Shown here: piece by piece, positions 25,659-40,587 of the stretch
How positions within the stretch are numbered: the stretch's first letter is position 1
How the letters are laid out: each line of letters starts with the position of its first letter
Assembly (NCBI GenBank): GCA_965235115.1
Contig: OZ249436.1
Coordinates: forward strand, 49,106,001-49,166,000
Origin: Laetmonice hystrix
Lineage: Eukaryota
Direction of reading: 5' to 3'
DNA length: 60,000 nt
Position numbers and translations under genes: made by a program
Notes under the pieces: model-generated
The model's input: the letters and a program-made list of their open reading frames with translations, nothing else
The model's database searches: none
What the model was told of the DNA's origin: nothing

Positions 25659-28600
25659 CACCACCACTGTGAATCTGCATAGACAGCCTCGCTCCTGGTC
25701 CTCACAGGAAAAGCATCGAGCAAATACTACTTGAAACGCTTTATTAAAGGAATCATGGCACCCTGGTTGAGTGTTCCGGGAACCCAGTTCGGCCTGGTTT
25801 CACGCTTACCTCTTCAAAATCTATGCACCTTCTGTCCCGAGGATACTTCCTAGGTTTAATAATGCATTATGTATTGTAAACAGACAGCAGCAAAATGCAC
25901 TGTCACCTTCACATTTCACATTTTTTTTGTCGAGAACACTCAAAAACAACGCTGCCTTCCGCCATCGGGAATGTCTGACCTGCAGGCATAGCGTTGCAAC
26001 GGTTGAGATAATCACCTGATTGCGGCTTTAGTCTCGCGTTCTGTGAAAAGGGTGTAAAGTCGCCGGCAAAAACTCTATCGCGTAGGTGGGCTGCAGGTCT
26101 AGAAAAAGACGTGCGTCATTCCAAATTTGCTGGTTTTTAAATATTTTTTAAAAATAGTCACGAAATCCAATCAGGCAAGTAGGCAGTGCTATGGAACATA
26201 ATTACCAGACTATATACAAGCAGTGTTTTCGCCAATTTGTAAAATCTATATGAAATAAGTGCCATGATTCCTTTAATTATTTTCTCGCTGAAATTTAGGC
26301 TTACATGTGGTTTCATTTCACCTATTCCATCTTTTTTTTTGGGATGCATGGGTTTAGGCGACTTGCGACTCCCCACCGAGAGGATCACAGCTTTAAGAGT
26401 TTTCTTATTGCGACCAATCTCGTTGTTTGTATGGGGACAGCTCCGTGTCAACTGCTGACATTGAACCACATCACTCAGGACAGGAATGTCATAGATCTAT
26501 GATCGAAGTCTCCCGGTCGCAGATCTAGAATAGATGGCCATGGTCACGGCCAGTACCCAAACACGTCCATTTAACATCAGTAATGGTTGCCAGTGTCAGG
26601 TGCCACTGATTGTGTTAACATGGATTTAGCTCCAGGACAAATGGGTGATCGAGTTGCCGGAGATATTTACTAGCTGATCCCAGATTGGTCAAGCTGAAAT
26701 GGGGCTCGTAGTTTGTCCCCAAAGTAAGCTTATACCTACATGCATGGTCTGGCTGGGGCACACGCTGCTGAGAAGGAAATTGACTGGTGCAAGTTCTCTC
26801 CGATTTCTCTGTGCATGGCCTCCAATAATGACCTGATGGCATGAATACTGACGTGGTTGTAAAGTAATACAAATGTGTTACATGTAAGCGGTAATCACCG
26901 GGATGACCGAGTTAGGGGTCAGCCCTCTTATTAAACTGACATATGTAAATTTTGTATTTATTTTTTTCTGTATGCTGAAAAGAGTATCCGAAATACTCTG
27001 TTCGTCGTTCTATCATTTTGGAGTTATTAAAACCGTAGTAAAAAAGTAAAAAAGCCCAGTTGCCTTTGAGTTCATACCTGATGTAGGCCCTGATGTGCTC
27101 ACGTATGATCCCAAAAATAATGCTATACCAAACTGCCAAGTTTTATTTCCATGCGTACCGATAAGATGGGGGTTTTGGTTGCCTAATAGACTTTGCTGCA
27201 ATTTAAGACGAAGTGCAGGCCTATAGACGAACACCGACCAATATACGACCACATGTAGGCTCTTTGAGACCCTGCACTGCAAATCCACTTCCCTTTCCGA
27301 CAACCTTGCGCCAGTCAACTTGTCATTTGAACCCTGGTCTAATGGTTCCCCGAGAATGAGGATATGTATACGGCACCTCTCCTCCACTCCTGTCAGTCCT
27401 GTTTGACGCTGCCATCCACCTTCTTCGTTTCCAGATCAATACTTCCCTCACGACTTCTCCCAGACGTTGCAAACTGCCTTTTATTGCTTCGTAGAGCATA
27501 AGAAGTTTGCCTCGGCTGCTTATCTTTTTTCTTTGGTCTACGGTGACCCAGAGACCACATGCAACTACTCGCTGTAATTGCAATGTGGCACCAGATCAAA
27601 TGAAAATATAGGCCACCGGGCCTGGGTGATGTCCTGTGGAAAAAGACCCTTGGTGTCTGCCCTTGATTGCCTCGTAAATCAAGGTACCCCCGGTACTGGC
27701 CTCACCCTTTGAAAACTACAGCAATCACAATTGAGCCGTTCATTAGTCTAAAAGATTTCTGTGCCTTTATGTTTTTAAGTCCTAAAGAAAGCATGTTGAA
27801 GCCGTCTTAAGGAGACACGAAGTGGGACCTTTCTCTTGTCCATTTGATCGCATTATACCTAAACCTGGACCTGGACATGGCCTTCATGACGCCGAAGTTA
27901 TTTCCCAATGATACAAACGATGTTACGATGATTCGGTGAAATAATGATAATCTTGATTTTTCGTCTCACCCTTATCTTACGGCATTCGCAGTGAGACTGT
28001 TGGCGCCGCCTCTTGGTCAAGTTGTACAACACGGAACCCCATTCCGAGATCGTTCGGTCACGCCATCTACCGGTATTACGGTTCTTCTACTTGGAAACCG
28101 GCGCATCTTCTGCAGACCAACATGTAGGCCGGTGCCACTACACCTATACAGTTGCTATAATTCAACAATTGGGTAATCATTAGAAATTTGGAGTCAAATA
28201 TGAAACGATGTCATGGAATACAATGTGCGTATGCGCATTTCACATGTAAAATCAGAAGATCTAAGGTCAGAAGATCATAAATAGGGTAAGAAATTGCTAT
28301 GAAATAAGCCGTTCAATTGCCGCGTCCGCTTTGGCACACCTTTTGTTATTACCGTTCTTACTCTCTATGGTAAACAGAGATTGGCATTCCCCTTCACAAT
28401 AAGTCTTCAAGTAGAAACACTTCGTGTAGACAGTGTATCACCTCGGGAGAGCTAGTTGCCACAACCCTCCGAGTAACAACTACGATAGGTCACCGGATTC
28501 CATGTTTGCCTTGTTGCAAAATGAAGATATCCTCAGACGGAGGATTCGACAATTATTTATCTATAATACATATGACTAGTTTTAAAGAAGATCAATCAGT

Positions 28601-29854
28601 GATTTTGATATGAACCAATATGATTCTTCAGGTCATCCAACCGACACGTTGTATTCAACAACCCGATAGAAAACACGGACGGATTCTTTACGGGGCCGCA
28701 GTTTGTGTTCGGTTTTATCATGAGTGCGTTTTATTCAGCAGAATCAGTTTGAGAAATGTTCTGAAATGTATTGTCACAATACTGCACAAGCTTACAGAGC
28801 AGAAAGTTGGAACAAAGTTAGGGAGAAAAGGTTTAAAGATTTTAGAGTTCGAAGAGGAAGAGGTTGTGCTGTTTTCAGTGTTCCCGATTTATACGAATCA
28901 CAGCTTGCGGAGATTGTTGACCCATCATGAAGAGGAGACTCGGCTCCAGAATTTTTTTTAAATAGGCCTAATGTATTCCGGGAGACTCAATCGCAGACTT
29001 TCATTTGTAAAGTATTTTTGGTAGCGTCAGGCATACCACGGGCTGATAGGATATGACATGGCAGGAACTGAAAATGAATCAATTATTTGTGCCTGGCATA
29101 TTTTTAGTGCGCCTGGGCGTGTCGAATAGGAAATAAAGGAAGTAACAGTCACACAGAGCGACACAAAAAAGTGAACCGTTTAAAAATGAAGTAAAAAAAT
29201 AATTTTGCAAGGAAACCTGCGCTTAATCATGCTATAGATGACATGATTACTTCAAGGACGTGGCAGAGGCCATAGTCCAGAAAATTTGGCACGGCAACGT
29301 GAGCAAATTTGGAGTTTGACATGGCCATGCCTTGGCTGGAAATCTGTTAACGACATGAGATGAGAAGTGACAAGTAAAACGACAATTTCTTTAATTTACA
29401 TCAGACACACTGACAGAGTGTCACGTCGGAATCTGATCTGAAACTTTAAACAAAGAAAATGTTAGAATGATGAGATGGAGTTCTTTTTGACGAACTGTTT
29501 ACCACTGATATCAGCTATCGCCTAAATTAGGTCGCTGATCGACTTGCTGTCTGGTTGGATATATGAGATTAACCAGACGCGTTAAAACGTAGAACTCCCC
29601 TGCTGAACCCTGTCTTGTGTCTGTTGCTAAACATCTCGGTCAATGAGATCCGAAAGTCAATGGTCTCAAGGCAGTCAGCATGGAATATGATAGTGAGGTT
29701 GATCATAACTGCCACCAACCACCTGGATGACAGAAAACATAAGTATCTGATTCTTTTAGCACAGACCCTCGTCTGTGTGAGGGGGCAGTGGTGGATCCAG
29801 GGGGATGCATCCAACCGTTGGAAACCAATGCCTTTTTACCTCATGTACAGCAAG

Positions 29855-30476
29855 TTCGTTCGATGTTCGTTGTACATCAGTGGCTCCGGTCTCTGTGAGA
29901 GGGTGTAGCTATGAGTTGTTCGTTGTACATCAGTTCCCCCAGTGGCTCCGGTCTCTGTGAGAGGGTGTAGCTATAGTTGTTCGTTGTACATCAGTGCCCC
30001 CAGTGGCTCCGGTCTCTGTGAGAGGGTGTAGCTATGAGTTGTTCGTTGTACATCAGTGCCCCCAGTGGCCCCGGTCTCTGTGAGAGGGTGTAGCTATAGT
30101 TGTTCGTTGTACATCAGTGCCCCCAGTGGCTCCGGTCTCTGTGAGAGGGTGTAGCTATGAGTTGTTCGTTGTACATCAGTGCCCCCAGTGGCTCCGGTCT
30201 CTGTGAGAGGGTGTAGCTATGAGTTGTTCGTTGTACATCAGTGCCCCCAGTGGCTCCGGTCTCTGTGAGAGGGTGTAGCTATGAGTTGTTCGTTGTACAT
30301 CAGTTCCCCCAGTGGCTCCGGTCTCTGTGAGAGGGTGTAGCTATGAGTTGTTCGTTGTACATCAGAGCCCCCGGTGGCTCCGGTCTCTGTGAAAGGGTGT
30401 CGCTATGAGTTGTTCGTTGTACATCAGTGCCCCCAGTGGCTCCGGTCTCTGTGAGAGGGTGTAGCTATGAGTTGTT
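29855..30476 (+). repeat. 60-61-bp minisatellite, ~10 copies
   Basis: Unit GTTGTACATCAGTGCCCCCAGTGGCTCCGGTCTCTGTGAGAGGGTGTAGCTATGAGTTGTTC. Confidence 0.96.
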
Positions 30477-33400
30477 CCCTCAGTCGGTTAGATCAATGAG
30501 AAAGTTGGACACAGAATATGTCACGACCCCCTTTGACGGTGACGGTCGTGTTTGGCTATGAGGTTTCCAGATCAACCGTTTGTCAGTTTGCTCCAGGCAA
30601 CGAATGCCACGTGTAACACGTACTCTCTGTAGCTTCTGTCGTCGGGCCACGCCACATTCGCCAAGTAGGGCCTCGGTACTATTGAAAATAACACGTCTTT
30701 CATGTGTGCTGGTTCTAATATTTTCCTTGCCTTGTTCTTTGATTCTAGTATTTATTTCATAGTCTACGTCGTTATTGAAATAGTGAAGCCGCCATTGCCG
30801 AGCACTTATTCCCAGTCAATCAGGGATAGGCCTGGTTCTGTAACATGCGTGTGTTCAAATAAAAGCTGAACGGGTGTTGGTCAGGACATGCTCATCCAGT
30901 CATGGCTGTACGGCAGACAGCTGTGGAAATGGTCCGTTTTTCTCTTTACAAGCCATATGATCTGCTGTTAACCTTTCAAAATACTTGTTTCTTGTTAGTT
31001 ATTTTAGGTAATGGTGGAATTATTACAACGATCTTATAATTGTACCAGGCACTCTGTTTCCTTTCATTGGTTACCGTCATGCGCAGTACAAATATTATGC
31101 AGATTTTATTATATTCACTAGCCAAAAGTATCACAACATGCCATGAATAACCAGTCAATAAACTCGGACACATAGCCGGGCCCCATCGCTTTCCTAATCA
31201 CAGCAATCGTTATTATAACTGTGAACCATTGTAGGCGGTGACCGATACTATGGACACGTATATTTATTGATAGCTTTATTGATAAATGTGAAGAGAAGTA
31301 GAGATTGCCAGACATAGACCTATTGAACATGAGATTTGCCTAGTGAGGAGAGAGTTGTGCTGACACTGCCTTGAGCTGTACTAATACATGGGTCACATTG
31401 GGAAGTTACCTGTCTCACAATAAACCGAGTGCGGCGGAGGCAGGTTGACAGGCAGGTACTCGGAGACTCCGAGTCCATCTTCCACAGTGTCGGCACACCT
31501 GGTCAGGCTTACTGCTGCAGTAGCATCGCCTTGAACTTGGCGCGGCGGCGTCACACAGTTCACCGCTAATTTACCGTCTTGTCAGTCGACGAAGGTTTGC
31601 TGCAAGGACACGTCGCCTGGCGGTGACGACCCGCCTTGTGGCGGGGGGGGGGGGGGGAGCTATAATTACCACGCTACATACATTAGTTGAGACAGTACGC
31701 AGATGGACGGTTAGGGCCCCGTCCAGCTGCGCTGGCTGCCACGACGGTCAGAGGATGAGGCCTGATCTGTTGACCAAACAGGTCGTGCAGGGTTCTCAAC
31801 TATTGCCATATAAATAATAAAACAAATATGCAATTCGCAGTATGTTCTTGAGGTCTAGAGAAACCCAGGTGGTTGGGGGTTTAATAAGAGAACCTCATTA
31901 TGATTGCAAAGTATATAATGAGATAAATAAGTCACACAGGTTGATGTGCACTGTGTCAAGAGTTGCGATCAAATGTCTTTGGGAATGCATATATCTTGGA
32001 CAGAGACCTTAAAAACACTCATGAGGAAAACTCCCAGCGTTCAGCCTTTAATTACTGAAATGAGATCCTAGCTATCTCCGCAGTGAGAAACCTCAGCGAA
32101 CCACTGATAACATGCAGAGAAGGTAATTTATACATTTCAAGCTCTGCCTCTTTTGGAGCATTTTCATGTCTTCAGGGAACGCATATGTACAGTAGGGCCT
32201 ATATGTATTACAGTACGACATGAGGGCTGGAACTGACTCACTAAGTGGGCACCCTTGGCTCTCTTTATAAATATAGAGCACGCCTAGTAGTATATAGAAA
32301 TTGGAATTTGCAGATAGCCTCTGATGTTTGTCTCTAGGAGGTGGTTGCGACCTGACTGTTTCCAAACATAACATGCGGGTTGGAACAGCGATGACCTATT
32401 CACACCGAAACCGACCTCGCCGGCTGTGAATGAGACCCCGACGCCGACACAGATCTAATGTGATTTTGTCACATTTTCTATTCGCACCGACGTCGGTGTC
32501 AAAACGCGTCACGATCTGAATGCTTCCATTAAAGGGGCAATTCGTGCGGGTCGTTTTTGCGGTATTCATACAACCTTCTGAGTTGTAGGCCTTAGTGTTC
32601 CAGGGGCACACCAAGAATAATTGCGTATGCAGCGATCATGATCTATCGGTCACAACGCATAGCTAATGAGGTCTTGCCGTCCTCCTGTCAAAAACCTTTC
32701 CCATCGACCTTTGCGCTTGTGTATACGCCATGCAGTGGTGCCAACACATACGTAAGATGGCGTAAGTACCCCGGCTAAGGGGCCTCGGTCTCTCCAGCTG
32801 GCCCCACCTCTCTCGCCAGGCCGAGCAGGTTGCAGAGCACTGAGAGCAGGGCGCTACCGTCTCAAAAAGCCGTGGCGCGGATGTCGGATGTGGTGCAAAA
32901 AGATTTCATTGTGGGTAATGATAGTGAAAAACTGTTCATTACTCACCATGGCCACGTTCTGTGCGTCCGCCATTGTAGTAGGCCTAAACAACAAATAATT
33001 TGTGCGTCACATGGGTCAACAAAGGCCATGTGAGTTGGAGGGGCTGGGTGGCGTTTGATAACTGGGGGTTTGAAACTCTCAGTATTTCACGGAGAACGAT
33101 GGTTATCTGTCCATATTCTAATGCCAAACACTTTCTATGTACATGTATCTCTACTATATATATTAACAGCGAATAAGCGAAAACTCCCGGTTTTACAGAA
33201 ATAAGTTATTGTAATAGTAAAAGCGTTGGTGTCGATTACGTTGCCGGTTGTTAATAGAATGGGGTATTAGGCTGGTGTGTAGAAACCCCCCGCTCAGAGT
33301 CGTCTACTGCTGATCTGTATTAGAGTGTAGAGGCACAATGTCAAGTGGTAAAACTAAACCTCCCTGAATGGCCAGCCATTTCATTGGTCTGTCGTTACCT

Positions 33401-34037
33401 AGCAACCATAGTATTATTAGAACCATCACATATCCATTAAAACGTTTTTTGACTTGGCCAATAAATATTTGCTATTAGTTAATTAAAAGTCTAATCTTTA
33501 AAGATCATTACTTTAGACTTTAGCAAAAATCGTGGCGTCTTGACGGTTTTCCGACCGTCTGTCACTGAAGTGTATTAACGCTGAGCAAATACTTACAACG
33601 CGAAGGTGAGACATTGCAAAGGTTTCGCAGCATTTTATTTTCGGCCGCTGTTATTAAAGCTCTCTTAGCAAGGGAGTGGTTGGCAAATATAGCTGTCACA
33701 ACTGGCCGCTGATGATGGCTAGTTCGAGAGTAATGGAGTCTGAAAACTGCGGGTGCGACCTGAAAGTTTTAACCACAAATAGATACGGCTCCAAATGTAG
33801 AAGCAAAATATCTTGCAACTCAATTTGTTGGTTAATTTTATTTGTGCAGTAAAAGTACGCTGGTACAAATAAAAGCTGCTGAAAGATTTCGACAAACTTT
33901 GTAATAGGTGTTGCATATCATGGCTCACTCAGAGATGTAATTTTGTTATAGACGTGTATGCATGCATGTCACAACTCCATTTGAAAAAAACCCAGTTTAT
34001 AGAGCGTGGTTGACACATAACATTTTAATATTTTCAG

Positions 34038-34185
34038 CTACAGCAAAGTGTTGGAACAGAAGGAACAGCTGGAACAGAAGCATCTGCATTTGCTGCAGAT
34101 CCTGGACAGCGAACGGCAGGCCAAGTGGCATTATGTTCAGCAAACAGAGGAACTCACAGCTGAGGTGAAGAAATTGAAGAGTGAG
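34038..34185 (+). CDS. RASGRF: RasGRF exon (coiled coil)
   Basis: ttttcag|CTAC...GTGAG|gtgagt; 148 nt; encodes (S)YSKVLEQKEQLEQKHLHLLQILDSERQAKWHYVQQTEELTAEVKKLKSE, resembling the RasGRF QKYLHLLQIVETE coiled coil. Confidence 0.92.
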
Positions 34186-34210
34186 GTGAGTAAAATGAGT
34201 AGATTCTAGC

Positions 34211-34529
34211 ATGGGTCATGATGAGTTTTCTCTTCTCCATGGTATGTGTGACTTTATGGGTCATCATGAATTTTCTCTTCTCCATGGTATGTCTGACTTT
34301 ATGGGTCATCATTAATTTTCTCTTCTCCATGGTATGTCTGACTTTTTGGGTCATCATGAATTTTCTCTTCTCCATGGTATGTCTGACTTTATGGGTCATC
34401 ATGAATTTTCTCTTCTCCATGGTATGTCTGACTTTATGGGTCATCATGAATTTTCTCTTCTCCATGGTATGTCTGACTTTATGGGCCATCATGAATTTTC
34501 TCTTCTCCATGGTATGTCTGACTTTATGG
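34211..34529 (+). repeat. 45-bp minisatellite, 7 copies
   Basis: Unit ATGGGTCATCATGAATTTTCTCTTCTCCATGGTATGTCTGACTTT, starting 25 bp after a RasGRF donor. Confidence 0.96.
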
Positions 34530-34740
34530 AATAACTGAACCCCCACTGATGTGTAAAAGAACCCTGGATCTCTGAACGTTTAGAGTACCAGAATTTAACT
34601 GAAGAGACTGCGAAAATATTTGATGATTCTGGTTATAGTTTGAAGAAAATATACTTTCTTAGAAGACGGCGGAGTCTTCACATCTTTAACTCTTTGCATT
34701 ACTTTAAGGAATATATTATAGAAACATTGTCTAACTAATA

Positions 34741-34910
34741 CAGTCAAACCTCGTTTATCCGAACATCTTGGTGCCCATTAAAATGTGTTCGGATTGTGAA
34801 ACATTACTGAATCATTTTAAACAGAAAATGGTAGAAGAGGTTATGAGAAAGTATATTCGGATTGTGAGGTATACGGATTAAAAAAAGCACGGATTAACGA
34901 GGTCTGACTC
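34741..34910. mobile_element. Tc1/mariner (pogo/Tigger-like) MITE
   Basis: TA|CAGTCAAACCTCGTTTATCCG ... CGGATTAACGAGGTCTGACTC|TA; TA TSD. Confidence 0.85.
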
Positions 34911-35902
34911 TAGTACATTCCATATGACATGATTCAAATTCTACCAACCATGGTTTTCTATGAGAGGGATTCCCCACTGATGGCAATTTCGTTTAAGCAC
35001 GGTTTATGACAACAAAACAACCACTTCAAAACACCGTCTGTGAATAACGATCTGGTCGGCATGCAATTTTCTTTATGCCAGGATTTCATATTGTCCAAGG
35101 TTTTAATCATGAAAACAATCGCTGATAACAGAGGCCCCCTGGCGGTGCCGATAACGATACCAAAACTGATACGTAGTTATCGCCAAGCTTACAATGACGC
35201 ACAAAGGAGGAGGATTTCAATTTTTTAACAATTAGCAGTCCAGCGGCTTTACAGAGCTCATCGCCACGTCGGGTAAAGTAAAATCAATATCATGTCCCGT
35301 GTTCGAAAGTGAGGCACCATTTCAAGTGTAAGTGCAAAGGAAGCAGTATATTTTGGTAATTAAAATAGTGATAATTGTATGGTAGTCATGAACGGGTATA
35401 TCACATGAACATAAAATAGACAATTTAAGGACAGTTCTGTAAAAGTGACACTGGAATTCTAAAAAGTATTTTTCGTGGTCGTGCCTTTACTCTACGCGGA
35501 AGAGATATGGCATGTGCGTATGTAAAAGGAGGAGTATGGCAGAAGTAAAAGGCGCTTCCAATGTCGTGGTTGGCGTGAGCACGCGAGGCGTGATTGATTA
35601 CAACGGCTTGGATTACTCGTCTACTTTAACATTGGTGTTCTATAGTTCTATACGTAAGGGTCAGATCGCCGGACCGCATGCAGCCACTGCGCTCAATTCA
35701 AAAAGGTGGGCAGAGAAAAATGGAATCGCAGGAAGGAAAGCGGGGAAACGTTACGATCGATTTTCGTTTTGTCCAGGTCCGTGTAGCAGGTAGGCCTGAG
35801 GTAACAAGCCCCTGGACTGCATTTCTTGAATTGACAGGCGCCAGGTCAGGTTTACAGCTCAGAATATTGAACCAAATATCGTAAGGACAAGTGTTAGGCA
35901 GA

Positions 35903-36465
35903 GGAGACATTACATCTGACAGCCAAGGCAGACTAGACACTGGAGATATTCCCACTGACAGCCAAGACAGACTATACAGATACATATGGCAGCCAAGCCA
36001 GACTATAGACAGATACATCTGACAGCCAAGCCAGACTAAGGAGACGAGACATTACATCTGACAGCCAAGGCAGACTAGACAGATACATCTGACAGCCAAG
36101 GCAGATTAGACAGATACATCTGACAGCCAAGCCAGACTAAGGAGACGAGACGTTACATCTGACAGTCAAGGCAGATTAGACAGATACATCTGACAGCCAA
36201 GGCAGACTAGACAGATGAGACATTACGACTGACAGCCAAGACAGACTAGACGGATACATCTGACAGCCAAGGCAGACTAGGCAGAGGAAACATTGCATCT
36301 GACAGTCAAGACAGACTAGACAGAGGAAACATTGTATCTGACAGCCAAGGCAGACTAGGCAGATACATCTGACAGCCAAAACAGACTAGACAGATACAGT
36401 GACAGCCAAGACAGACTAGACAGATACATCTGACAGCCAAGGCAGACTAGACAGAGGAGACATTG
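35903..36465 (+). repeat. Variable-unit (~30-40 bp) minisatellite
   Basis: Core CATCTGACAGCCAAGGCAGACTAGACAGATA repeated with indels. Confidence 0.92.
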
Positions 36466-38579
36466 CAGAGATGGTTAGCTTGAACCGTTCAGAAAAGACA
36501 TCTTGAGGATTGAGGGTAGAAAGTAGCAAAATATATGTAATGAGTTATGATAAAAATAAGTTAACTAAAGTAGGCCTACTTTCATGAACGGTGGAGACTT
36601 TACTTGAAATATTCGACATTATCGGAAGGATCCATCCGTGGGATTTCCGCTACTTGAATCAGCTGGATAAATAAGTTATCCACCTAATAAAGGAATTAGT
36701 GAGCATTTAGTCACTTCTGTCTGCCCGTGTACGTATCCTTGCTTACATGTATCTGTATATTACAGACATTTACCAATACATAATCCAGTACGTATACGTA
36801 CATGTATGTAGTGAGTGGTTGATATTGACAATAGTGCCAGACATTATTTGAAGGGCAACCATTGATGACAGGACGGATGCGTACTACGTACGGTCGCAGG
36901 GTCAGGCGGCTGTCACATGCATGTTTTCCCATGCAACAGGCGTGTCTAGGTTTCGACCTTCCGTTCATGTTTGGTAGAGATCTCCAAGTAATATTGATTG
37001 TAGTAAATCTGCACACGGTACGTTCCCGTCATGCCTCCTCCTCACCTAACACAACATGTATAACTAAGGGCTATTCTTTGTGACGAGAACTCTATCTGAA
37101 CAAAGAGTGGCTGCGTGATTATAGACAGGAACATTAGGGACTGGCGTGACCTGGCCAGATGGCAATGATGAAGACATATTCATACCACGTGTACCTACTA
37201 CAGGAATGGCACCAAGGGTAGCCAGTGTGATTTTACCTTCAAAAGGTGGTGAACCTTAATGAACCTTAACAAAGGGGGGCCAGCCAAGGGGCTAGACTGT
37301 AAAATACCACTGGCGATGGATACTTTTCGATATAAAAAAATATGGAGTAAAAATTAAAAGCAAAACCAAAAAAACCCACACAATGTGGAGTTTGACTGAT
37401 GGAATGCACTAGTCTATACCAAAGACTATTATTGATGAAAGAAATTTTAAACACATGAGACCTTCTATTTAGCTACAACATACTAACTGCGAATAGTTTG
37501 GATATTGAATGTTGACTAAAACGAAAAAGCCTGTCTGTTTTTATTTCTTTGGATATTGTGTGCTGTTTTAAATTGTGACTGCCACTCTAGAAAGTCAAAT
37601 GTTGTACATTTTTGTAAAGTACAGAAGCATTTTGAGTGGTAGGCGTACCAGTTTCATTTTCCGGCAGTTTATGCTAGTCCTAAATGGCCAGTCAGTAAAA
37701 TATATTCACTGTCCCACTATGTCGATATAAATGTGCCGTGTAGCAGAATTCTATAGGAAGGATTTTAAATTGTTATATGTATTTTATACATGTTCGTTCA
37801 CGCATAGGTATATGACTGCACTTATCGATTAATCTGGACAAAACCTGTAGTGTCACTATAGTGCCTTATTGCTGTATACACTTTTTTCCTTTTATTAATT
37901 TTCTTTTTGCAGAATTAAAACTAGCAATGGGAAATGAAAAGCTAACAGATATTTTAAGGTGTTACGTTTTAATGTGGATGGAATCAACCATAACGCTAAT
38001 TTATCACGGACCTTTCTGGACATTGGTACAAGTTCCGGATGTTCGGGAAAACATTTGTCTTTATGGTCCGGTACTGAAGTTCTATATTTGCTTACCCATT
38101 TAATACCAAGGTAACAATAACAAAATAACTTCATGTTTAAAACGTAGGACTTAAAGTATAATCAATAAGTGGATATAACGTACTTGAATAACCGCCGTAT
38201 GGTCGGAATAAGGCCACGCCAATTTTATATGACCTTGTTTTTCTATCTCGTCAGATTACATACGTAATCCTAAAACAATGCGCAGTTTAAATAGGTTTCC
38301 GTTTTGAAGTCCGTGAAGTAATTTTCTGGCTAGCGGCCTATGTTTACTATACAAAGGATTACAATAAAAGATGGCCTAAACGCAAAGCAATATATAACTT
38401 TGAAGTGATCTCTGATTTCTTATACCAGAATCTGCCAAGAGTTGAGTTTTACCTGACGCTTCATCTAACTGCAATGTTCCAACAACATAGAGTGTGTTCA
38501 TATTTTACATTCATAAAAATGTGGGTGCTGCATGTTTGTGAACAGGTTTTGCTTTATAGAATTTTCAAGCGCGACGCCC

Positions 38580-39285
38580 TGTTACAACCGATAATGTAAT
38601 AACTGACCGATAATGTAATAAAGGTCAAAATTTTATAAATTATTACATTATCATTACATTATCAACACCCTCTCCAACCGATAATGTAATAATCGACCGA
38701 TAGTGTAATAAAATTCGGGAAAAATTGCTAACCGATATTGTAATACAATTTTGACGGATAATGTAATAAAATACGCTATTATAATGTAATATCATCTTGA
38801 CCGATAATGTAATATAGTGAAGAGGCAAATCTCTACCCTGCCTTGGGGGCTGTCCATAAATTACGTAACGCTTGGGGGTGGTTGGGTATGTAGGGTTCCG
38901 TTACAAAGCGTTACAGAGGGAGGGGTTGGGGTGTGTGAATAAGTGTTACATAACACCCAACTTATTAAAAATTACGTTCCTAAATTACGCCTTTTTATTA
39001 TCCCATCCCCCAGGGGGGGATGGGATCTAGAAATGGTCTGGTTTCGGTTTCTGTATTATATGCGTAGTAGATGTAGTAGTAGTAAACAGGGGTCGTATCT
39101 CGGTCGTTTTTCAAGATATCAAAGTCAAATTTGGTGGACATGTTGATAGTCACCAACTCTGATCTGACAATGAGTCATGACGTTACATGAGGTAATGTCA
39201 TGACGTTATGCCGTCATTAGTGTTCTGACTATTGGGACGGTTTTCAAGGTCAATATGGAAACTTTTTAGAAACTGATGAACTGTC
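38580..39285. repeat. Inverted partial copy of the right ~710 bp (39878-40587) of the adjacent element
   Basis: Near-identical reverse complement (the ORF track shows the same spurious peptide at 38943+ and 40223-); also preceded by CGCCC. Confidence 0.9.
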
Positions 39286-39291
39286 ACGCCC

Positions 39292-40587
39292 TGTTACAAC
39301 CTATAATGTAATAACTGACCGATAATGTGATAAAGGTCAAAATTTTATAAATTATTACATTATCATTACATTATCAACACCCTCTCCAACCGATAATGTA
39401 ATAATCGACCGATAGTGTAATAAAATTTCTAACCGATAATGTAATACAATTTTGACTCCGATAATGTAATAATCGACCGATAATGTAATCGAATTTCTAA
39501 CCGATAATGTAATACAATTTTCACCAATAGTGTAATAAGATACGCTAACCGATAATGTAATAAAGTTTGACCGATAATAATAAAGTCAAAAGAGGGCAAA
39601 CATCTATCCTGCCTACCTTGGCTTGTTGATTCATGCTTCGTGGCCATGAACATGAGTATCGAAATTGGCCATCGTTTGTTACATGTAGGCCTACGAAATT
39701 CCGCATTCTGGCCGATATATTAGAGACCATCCCTGTGCAATTTAATAAAATTTTAATGAAAATCGAGGAAGAAGTAGGCATTTAAGCATTTTCTGACCTT
39801 TGACCCAGCTCTCAGACACGTCAAAGGTCAAAGGTCAAAATATTTGCAAAAAATGAATTAGGTCTCTGCTCAATTCCGACAGTTCATCAGTTTCTAAAAA
39901 GTTTCCATATTGACCTTGAAACCCGTCCCAATAGTCAGAACACTAATGACGGCATAACGTCATGACATTACCTCATGTAACGTCATGACTCATTGTCAGA
40001 TCAGAGTTGGTGACTATCAACATGTCCACCAAATTTGACTTTGATATCTTGAAGAACGACCGAGATACGACCCCTGTTTACTACTACTACATCTACTACG
40101 CATATAATACAGAAACCGAAACCAGACCATTTCTAGATCCCATCCCCCTAGGATGGGGGATGGGATAATAAAAAGGCGTAATTTAGGAACGTAATTTTTA
40201 ATAAGTTGGGTGTTATGTAACACTTATTCACACACCCCAACCCCTCCCTCTGTAACGCTTTGTAACGGAACCCTACATACCCAACCACCCTCCAAGCGTT
40301 ACGTAATTTATGGACAGCCCCCAAGGCAGGGTAGAGATTTGCCTCTTCACTTTATTACATTATCGGTCAAGATGGTATTACATTATAATAGCGTATTTTA
40401 TTCCATTATCCGTCAAAATTGTATTACAATATCGGTTAGCAATTTTTCCCGAATTTCATTACATTATCGGTCGATTATTACATTTTTAGTTGGAGAGGTT
40501 GTTGATAATGTAATGATAATGTAATAATTTATAAAATTTTGACCTTTATCACATTATCGGTCAGTTATTACATTATCGGTTGTAACA
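39292..40587. mobile_element. TGT...ACA-terminated non-autonomous DNA transposon with CGCCC TSD (Ginger-like termini), carrying nested fragments
   Basis: TIR TGTTACAACC.ATAATGTAATAACTGACCGATAATG at both ends; CGCCC at 39287-39291 and 40588-40592; subterminal CCGATAATGTAAT repeats. Confidence 0.75.
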